A DNA stretch of 64,000 nucleotides from the human T2T-CHM13v2.0 reference genome, Homo sapiens. The DNA lies in NCBI RefSeq assembly GCF_009914755.1, contig NC_060927.1. One strand, given 5' to 3'. A model generated the notes under the pieces. It saw only the letters and a list, made by a program, of their open reading frames with translations. It did not search any database and was not told the DNA's origin. Each line of letters opens with the position of its first letter. The stretch's first letter is position 1. The position numbers and the translations under genes were made by a program. Below are positions 59,783-64,000 of the stretch, piece after piece.

Positions 59783-61108
59783 GGATAACTGGCCAGCCAC
59801 ATGCAGAAGATTGAAACTGGACCACTTCCTTACACCATATACAAAAATCAGCTCAAGATGGATTAAACACTAAATGTAAAACCTAAAACTATAAAAGCCC
59901 TGGAAGATAACCTAGGAAATGCCATTCTGTACATAGGCCCTGGCAAAGATTTCATGACAAGCATGCCAAAAGCAACTACAACAAAAACAAAAATTGACAA
60001 ATGGGACCTAATTAAACTAAAGAAACTCTGCACAGCAAATGAAACTATCAACAGAGTAAACAGACAAGGTACAGAATGAGAGAAAATATTTGCAAATTAT
60101 ATATCCAACAAAGGTCTAATATCCAGAACCTATAAGGAATTTAAACAAACTAACAAGAAAAGACAAACAACCCATTAAAAAGTGGTCAAAAGACATGAAC
60201 AGACACTTCTCAAGAAGACATATACACAGCCAGTGAGCATATGAAAAAACGTACAACATCACTAATCATTATGGAGATGCAAATCAAAACCACAGTGAGA
60301 TACCATCTAGGTGATAATAATTATTATTAACAAGAATAAGAATTATTAATAAGAATAGTCAGAATGGCTATTATTAAAAAGTCAAAAAATAACAAATGCT
60401 GGCAAGGTTGTGGATAAAAGGGAACACTTATACACTGCTGGTGGGAATGTAAATTAGTTTAACTATTGTGGAAAGCGGTGTAGTGATGTCTCAAATAACT
60501 TAAAACAGAATTAACACTCAACCCAGCAATCCCAATTGGGTATATACTCAAAGGAATATAAATCATTCTACCATCAAGACACATGAACACATATGTTCAC
60601 TGCAGCACTATTCACAATAGCAAAGACATAGAATCAACCTAAATACCCAGCAACAGTCAGTAGAACAGATAAAGAAAATGTGGTATATATACACCATGGA
60701 ATACTATGCAGCCATAAAAAAAATGAGATCATGTCCTTTGCAGCAAGATAAATGGAGCTGGAGGCCATTATCCTAAGCAAACTAATACAGAAACAGAAAA
60801 CCAAATACTGCATATTCTTACTTACAATTGGGAGCTAAACATTGAGAACACATGGACACAAAGAAGGGAACAGCAGACGCCAGGCCTACTTGAGGGTAGG
60901 AGAAGGGAGAGAATAAAAAAACTACCTATTGGATGCTATGCTTATTACCTGTGTGATGAAATAATCTGTACACCAAACTCCAGTGATATGCAATTTTTCT
61001 GTATAACAAACCTACACATGTACCCCAAACCTAAAATAAAATTTAAAAATTAAAAATAACTAAATAAAATAATATTGGTTTGAAAGACAAAAAAAATTTT
61101 AATTAGAA
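59783..61108 (+). mobile_element. 5'-truncated L1PA15/16 with a short 3' extension
   Basis: 3'UTR GGACACAAAGAAGGGAAC..ACTACCTATTGG..; TSD AAATACAAGCAGATCA / AAATACAAGCAATCA. Confidence 0.9.
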
Positions 61109-61609
61109 AAATACAAGCAATCACCTTTAAATTCAGATTGGTAACTCTTTCTAGATTCACTTGATTCTGTTTTCTTAAGTCTCATAGAGAAGAGCTGCTT
61201 TCAGTGTTTTCCAAGGACCAATCCTTCTTTTGTGCTTACTCAGCATGAAACAGTCTCTTTGAACTTACAGTACATGAAAGTCAGACGTGCTGCTCTTTTG
61301 TAGTAACAGTTCCCCAAACTACGTTTTTATCATTTCTGATGAAAGTATATGTTCTTTCTCAGATACAACTCAGCTTAAAAATAAAAATATATACATTTAC
61401 GCCTTAAAAATGGGATACTGTTACTTTATACTATAAGCCTATTCATATTTAGGCAAGAAAATCTTTGATGGAAAAGAAAAAGTAATCAAAATTCTTAAGT
61501 TTTGGAGTAAAATATGAAGTTCTGTCTTATGACTTTAGATAATTAAATAAAAAAATTTTGATGTGAGATACAAAATTTAAAGATTCTCATATGAATATTC
61601 TATATTCAT

Positions 61610-61745
61610 GTGGATTTATTTATATTTAGATGTATTTATTTATATTTATTTTTATTTTATTAATATTTATTATATTATTAATAAATATTTATTTATATAA
61701 AATATATAACATAATAAATATTTATTTATATTTATTATATTATGA
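61610..61745. repeat. AT-rich low-complexity tract
   Basis: Degenerate (TATT)n/(ATAA)n, nearly all A and T. Confidence 0.85.
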
Positions 61746-61999
61746 GGCAAACATAACTAGAATGCTGCAAAAAAGGAATGCTTTTTTAGTCGTTACTATG
61801 CAATGCCTATTACTTTAGAACAATATTAAATTCAAAATAAGATTTCATTTATATCAGTAAATATAAAATTATTCCTTGATTCCTATCAAATAAATACCAT
61901 ACACTCTAAGTGAACATCTATTGAGAATATAGCAAACTAGTGGTCTCTGTTCTCTAAGATTGGATCCATCTTCCTCTTCTCTGTGATTTACCTCCAGGG

Positions 62000-62230
62000 G
62001 GCAGTACAGTTCTGATGATGGGCTCTGGAATTTGACCGCCCTAGCTAGAATATCTGCCCTGTCAGTTTCAGTTATATAAACAAGGACAACTTATTTAACC
62101 TGAGCCTTAGCTCCTCATGCATAAAATGAAAAAGCATAGAACCTACTTCATAGGATTGTTATAAGGATGAAATAAGAAAATGTCCAGTATATAACAAGTA
62201 CTCTTTCAACATTTGTTGCTATGATTTATT
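62000..62230 (+). mobile_element. MIR
   Basis: TTATTTAACC TGAGCCTTAG..ATAAAATG..CCTACTTCATAGGATTGTT. Confidence 0.75.
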
Positions 62231-62269
62231 AGCATTATATTAGGTTTCCCTGCGACATCATCATTAAAC

Positions 62270-62440
62270 ATAATTTATTAAAGCCATATATTTTAAGCAC
62301 CTAATGCATGTAAGGCACTGTAGGTTATGATGCTAAAAACACAACACAATCCCTCTTCTCCATAAATTCTGTCAGGTGGGGAAAAACACACATATAAATT
62401 ATAAATAGAACAATACAGTAAGACCAATATATGAAGTACT
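62270..62440 (-). mobile_element. L2 3' fragment
   Basis: TTAAGCACCTAATGCATGTAAGGCACTGT. Confidence 0.55.
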
Positions 62441-62554
62441 GCAAAAGTACAAGAAGGGTAGATGTCATTACCTCCAACAGGCTAAAAAAAATAAGGGGGT
62501 TCTTATCATTGCTGGAGGATGAGTACATGGATCAAATCGAGTTGGAAATGAAAA

Positions 62555-63025
62555 TGCCACCTCCCAGTCTCCTTCCCCTCAACCCTCCACCCAGCCTTGG
62601 GCACCACTCTTAGCTGTTTGGAAAAAGGCATGTGACCTAGGCTCAATCAATTAGATGCTCTTGAGTAGACCTTTGATTCTTGAGAGAGAGAGATGCCAAG
62701 TTGCTGGAAGAGTCAGAGATATTCTTGGCCCCCCATAGCAGAGGCCAGAGGCTAGTGGCCAGCAGTACACTGGTGTGTTGCCAGAAGCAGCACTTGAAAT
62801 GGCAGCAGGAATAGTGACTGATCCTCAACAGCCTGCTTCAATGGTGTGAGCTCAGCTGGATCCTCAGCTGTTTACTGTCCCTTGATTTCCAATCTCTTTC
62901 TAAATCTGATCTCTAGTCCTCTCACCAATTTGTAAGAAACTCAATATCCTTCCAACAAATTATTTTTCTGCCTATGTTGGACAGAGGTTTTCTGTTAGTT
63001 GCAACTAAGAACCCAGACTTGTACC
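62555..63025 (+). mobile_element. LTR33-like ERVL LTR
   Basis: GGCATGTGACCTAGGCTC..; 3' end TTCTGTTAGTTGCAACTAAGAACCCAGAC. Confidence 0.65.
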
Positions 63026-64000
63026 TTGAGTCATGAAGTAAAACTTGCCAGTCTCATTGGGACACCGTCTCCAGCTTTCCAAATGACCTCTAATTACCAC
63101 TTTCTTCTATGTTAATTAAGATACTATTAGGTTGCCTATTTCAGTGTAAATGGACTTCTTGATTGTGACATTTTATCTCAGCAAAATGTGTATCACAGAA
63201 AGTATTGTCTAAATTTTCATTAGCAAAAGAATCTATTGTTTCTACTTGACACAAAAATAATTTTCTATTATTCATCCCTTCCACATAAGACCCCCTTACT
63301 CTTCTTTTTATGATAAGCAATAAAGAAGAAAGAAAATAATGTACAGGGAAGAACAATGCAAGGAAACGGAGAAACAAGGAATCATTTATTGGTTTCCTGC
63401 AGAAATCAACAAGCCACTCTTATCTTTGTATTCCTCTTAAGTTGATCAAATTGGCATTTTTGTAAAAAGTCAAATATCAGCAACTAGTTGCTTAAAGTAG
63501 AAGTTTCAGACACAGGCACATCCCAGCCTGTGGACCTCTGCTTGAGGATGAACAGGTGAAAAGGATTGAGTTGAAAATGCCCATTCCTCTAAGAGGCTCT
63601 CAAGGACCACCAGGTAGGGAAACAATTCTTGGAGAATCTCTTATGTGAACACAGTAGAGAGAAAGATCCTGTACCCTGAACTAGTACTGAAAAAAGAAAG
63701 ATTAGCTGTCCTTCATTATTTGCGCTGTAGGGTATACAGGCAACAAAACCCAGTGAGAACATTTAATAAAACATTGTCACTTTCATATCCCCAAATTTCT
63801 TCCTTGCCCTTTATCACTTCCCAGCTGTCTCCAGATTTTATTTTGTATCCACTTGAGCTATGAGGTCAGAGTTAAGCCTTCAGGAATGTGTCTCTCTATA
63901 GGCAGAAACCTGACTCTTCCTGAAAAAACCCTTAGTAGACCTTGGGAAAACTGCAGTTGCTATCACATGTACAGAGAGAGCTTTTGCAGTCACTGGACTT

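Overview
Primate (human-like) non-coding, AT-rich genomic DNA made mostly of nested transposable elements. I cannot support any cellular protein-coding exon, RNA gene, CRISPR array or prokaryotic-type system. About 45% (rough hand estimate) is LINE-1, in eight copies of different ages (L1PA4-like, L1PA8, L1PA13-like, L1MB, L1MC, two L1MA fragments, L1PA15/16), and all eight lie on the + strand. The rest includes about 11 Alus, several MaLR elements (THE1/MST/MLT1A, some with both LTRs and internal region), MER4, LTR16, LTR33, MLT2, MER5A, MIR, L2 and L3/CR1. The long ORFs in the track are L1 ORF1/ORF2 remnants or MaLR/Alu noise. Main points of interest: an L1PA4-like copy that keeps the ZNF93-bound 5'UTR segment, an open antisense ORF0 and a frameshift-free ORF2 with only two nonsense codons; an inversion across a THE1D-into-MSTA junction; an ancient ~345-bp duplication of flanking DNA into an L1MC; a cluster of inverted templated insertions; and a short L1 3' transduction. 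No new biological system is evident. Subfamily names come from recalled consensus motifs and need RepeatMasker/Dfam confirmation.
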